A stretch of 63,872 nt of DNA, counting the filler, from Octopus bimaculoides (Eukaryota), in the NCBI RefSeq assembly GCF_001194135.2. It is 7 parts of 7 records of this genome, joined end to end, with 100 filler letters (N's around TTAATTAATTAA, not from the genome) between each part and the next. Parts side by side here need not be neighbours in the genome. Positions count along the whole stretch, not along the records: positions 58,462 to 61,495 come from NC_068986.1; positions 61,596 to 62,674 come from NW_026369523.1; positions 62,775 to 63,872 come from NW_026335323.1; 4 more parts are not named here. One strand, written 5' to 3'. The position numbers were made by a program, and so were the translations under genes. Positions 60,514-63,872 of the stretch are shown here, piece by piece (within the stretch, counting starts at the first letter, position 1; every line of letters starts with the position of its first letter). The notes below the pieces were generated by a model. That model ran no database searches. It saw nothing but the letters and a program-made list of their open reading frames with translations, and had not been told where the DNA came from.

Positions 60514-61168
60514 AACAGAAAGTGAGTGTATTAAAAAATAGGAAATTACAAAATAACAACAACCACAACAAAAACAACGATGACAATGACGATGATTATA
60601 ATGACGAAACGGTGGGGTAAGTACGCAGGATGAAGGTGAATAATGAGGGACGAAGAGGCAAGGCCGTTCTATAGAAGACGATTAAGTAGGGAAGAATGAA
60701 TCGGTATCCCTAAGAGGGAATGATGTGTGAGAGTGTTTGGTTGTGTGTGTGTGTGTGTGTGTTGGGCTATCGTATGGATACAGTATTAAACCGGGAGAAG
60801 GATTAAGTCTAGCACCACGAAGAGTAACCACTGGTTTCGACATAGTACTTCTCTGAGAAATTTCACTCAAAAGACTCGGATCCTTTGGCAGAAGGCATCT
60901 ATACAAGGAAACACACAATGAGATATAACATAGTCCCGAGGCAAATTTCTTAACAGTACAGCCGCACCTGCAACGAATATGGATATACATCTTATTATTC
61001 AAATAAATAAATATCGTAAAATAATATTTCCAAGTCTATTCCTTAGTGATTTGTAACACATATTGAGAGTGATTTGTAACACATATTAAAAAATAGATTG
61101 GCAAAGAGTGGTGTCCTGTGAAACTTTTTCCATATGAAAGAATAAAACAATACCTCTCCGACACTAAT

Positions 61169-61229
<61 letters not shown>

Positions 61230-61231
<2 letters not shown>

Positions 61232-61495
61232 GGGTGTGCTTTCCGTCTGGTGGCAGTGTATGCACCGTCCTTAACGGGTCGGGCGGATTTCCTTAGACGT
61301 CTAGAGGTTTTCCTGGGAACGTCACGACCTTTACTGTTAGTAGGGGACTGGAACGCTACCTTGGACACGCATATAGACTATGTGGGAGTGGATAGGAGTA
61401 GAAGGGGATGTAAGTGCCTCAAAGACCTGCTCAGACGTTTCCATTTGTCTGACAGGTTCCGACTCGACCATCCGAACGTGCCAACGTGGACTTGG
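61230..61495 (+). mobile_element. Tx1/L1-type APE endonuclease fragment
   Basis: VAVYAP, LLVGDWN and LSDRFRLDHP...TW motifs; begins right after (ATCT)n and is cut by a spacer. Confidence 0.8.
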
Positions 61496-61925
61496 NNNNN
61501 NNNNNNNNNNNNNNNNNNNNNNNNNNNNNNNNNNNNNNNTTAATTAATTAANNNNNNNNNNNNNNNNNNNNNNNNNNNNNNNNNNNNNNNNNNNNATATA
61601 TATATAATACATGTGAGAAGGGATGGCCACTAAGTGGAAATCATTTACGCTAGAAATTGACCATCAACGGTGAAACCACACGAGAAAAGAATGTTCTCCA
61701 GGGAAATTCAACGCACACCAGAACAAACATCTTTTCCAGCTGACTATTGACACACAATCTGTGTCCGTATAGTGCTTGAGGCTTAAACAACAGTAACATC
61801 GTCCTTTATAGGACCGCTACACTCTGTTGGAAAAAAAACTTTACTATTCGTTACTGTTACTGTATATCTCTTGTTGAGAGATTTAAAAAAATTGTTTTTC
61901 TTCATATATATAAACATATATATAC

Positions 61926-61982
<57 letters not shown>

Positions 61983-61992
61983 NNNNNNNNNN

Positions 61993-62052
<60 letters not shown>

Positions 62053-62635
62053 CATGTAAATATAAATAGACGTATATACATATATACACATGCATACATA
62101 CATGCACACTCACACACACATACGGTGCATATGAATATTTGTATACACAGAATCTGAAAATGCATCATCATATAACTTATGTATCAAAATCAAAAGCGGC
62201 CATATTTAAAGAGCTAATATATTTAAATGATGGCGACGCTATTTAGTTTAACGCCCGGTGAACTACATAAGCTGATTTCACAACACTGCGGTCTGGTTAA
62301 AGATTGAATCTGTGAGGTTACTGAAACTGAACAGATCACTATCTTTACCTGTTTTAGGTCTTTGTTTTCATTTGCCATCTCCAGTTATCACTCATTCTTT
62401 GTCCCATTTAAGATGGACTAATACTGTTGTCCCTCACAGACTTAATTATTTTATACTGTAAATTTTTCTAATAGCTTTCCTATCTCATGTTATCTATTTA
62501 TTTATCAGCGTATCTATAATAGAACAAATGTAAATGATCTTCTGTAACTTACGACGATGAGCGTTCCAATTCTTTGAGCAACTGAATTACCTACTCATTG
62601 AATTATACATGCATACATATATAAATACCTACATT

Positions 62636-62674
<39 letters not shown>

Positions 62675-63841
62675 NNNNNNNNNNNNNNNNNNNNNNNNNN
62701 NNNNNNNNNNNNNNNNNNTTAATTAATTAANNNNNNNNNNNNNNNNNNNNNNNNNNNNNNNNNNNNNNNNNNNNTTATTATTATTATTATCATTATTATT
62801 ATTGTTGTTGTTGTTGTTGTTGCTATTATTTTTTTTCTTGTTTCAAATTTCTGGATTTTTTTAACTTCGTTATCTCCATGTAATTGTTTTGCCATGCCAC
62901 TTTTGTTTGTTTTTTTCTGATTGGTGTTATTTGTTTNNNNNNNNNNTTTGCCATGCCACTTTTGTTTGTTTTTTTCTGATTGGTGTTATTTGTTTGCGTG
63001 TGTGTGTGTATCTGTGACGGGTGTACTCTTGCACGTATGCGTTTATATTTCTACACTTATGTTCCAATGTGTCTATGTGATGTGAGCATGAACATGTATG
63101 CGCGTACGTGAAAAATGTGCATTTTTATATATGTATGTAGTATCTCCGTTTATGCCTGTCCATGTGCGCGTGTGTNNNNNNNNNNATATATGTATGTAGT
63201 ATCTCCGTTTATGCCTGTCCATGTGCGCGTGTGTGTATGTGAAAATGTGTACGTATGTCAGTATGTAATTATGTGTATATATATGTGGCTTCATGTTTTA
63301 CGCATGTGTGTGCATGTCTATGTGTGGGTGCATGTGATAATGTGCATGAATGTGTGTGTGCCTGTATGTCTATATATGAATTTATGTTTGTACATATACG
63401 CACGAAAGCATGTACATACGTGATTATGTGTAAGTATGCATGTGAGTACATTATTTACATGTATATGTGTGTATATGTATATATGGGTAAGTGTGCAACT
63501 GTGTGCTTATGTGTATATACTGTATGTGTATGTGTGTATGTGTGTATGTAATTATATGAGTCTGATGACGTTAGGGATATTTTGTCTCACTACGCTACAG
63601 AAAGTACATCCAAATTCTTTTCTTTCATTAAATTCCTGTAAATTATAAAACTCATACCCATCAGAACCTGGACTATCTCTGCCTGTCTTTAAGTCTCTCT
63701 TTCTCTGTCTCTGTCTGTCTGCCTCTCTCTCTCTCCCTCATTTCTTTACTTATCTCTCTCCTTCTTTCTGTAAATATATACGTATGCACACATGTATATA
63801 TGAATTTTTGTTTGCGTGTCCATAAAGAGAAAGGAAGAGGT

Positions 63842-63872
<31 letters not shown>

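Noticed and set aside
60682-61002. 106-aa ORF and candidate splice sites
   Set aside because: No recognisable homology or consistent exon model
5770-63648. Dozens of ORFs rich in YI, CV, HT, poly-N/I/L or X
   Set aside because: Translations of microsatellites and N gaps
55790-63872. Search for upstream PAH exons (FQP.Y..AESF)
   Set aside because: None found in visible sequence; they may lie in N gaps or outside the window
1-63872. CRISPR arrays, rRNA, prokaryotic operons
   Set aside because: None seen; the sequence is eukaryotic

Overview
AT-rich, microsatellite-dense animal genomic DNA whose repeat families and intronless multi-finger C2H2 genes point to a cephalopod, most likely Octopus (inference). 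It is a draft assembly with many N gaps. Six artificial 100-bp spacers (44N-TTAATTAATTAA-44N) split it into seven pieces whose adjacency may not be biological. All recognisable host genes lie in one piece (28282-58361). (1) Three paralogous C2H2 zinc-finger genes (24, 21 and 13 fingers; +, -, +) share a promoter/5'-exon module and an N-terminal leader, and each has a decayed finger just past the stop. (2) A five-exon, TATA-containing gene missed by the ORF track encodes a ~118-aa secreted protein with a 4-Cys FN1/VWC-like module; its Cys exon is duplicated downstream and its promoter carries an array of TAATCC-N3-TGAT sites. (3) The last two exons of an aromatic amino acid hydroxylase, most likely PAH, lie on the minus strand. 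The rest is retroelement debris (Dong/R4, RTE, Tx1/L1, Gypsy, tRNA-derived SINEs), MITEs, several long fold-back palindromes and hammerhead-ribozyme-like relics. All alignments and counts were done by eye and all coordinates of repeats are approximate.
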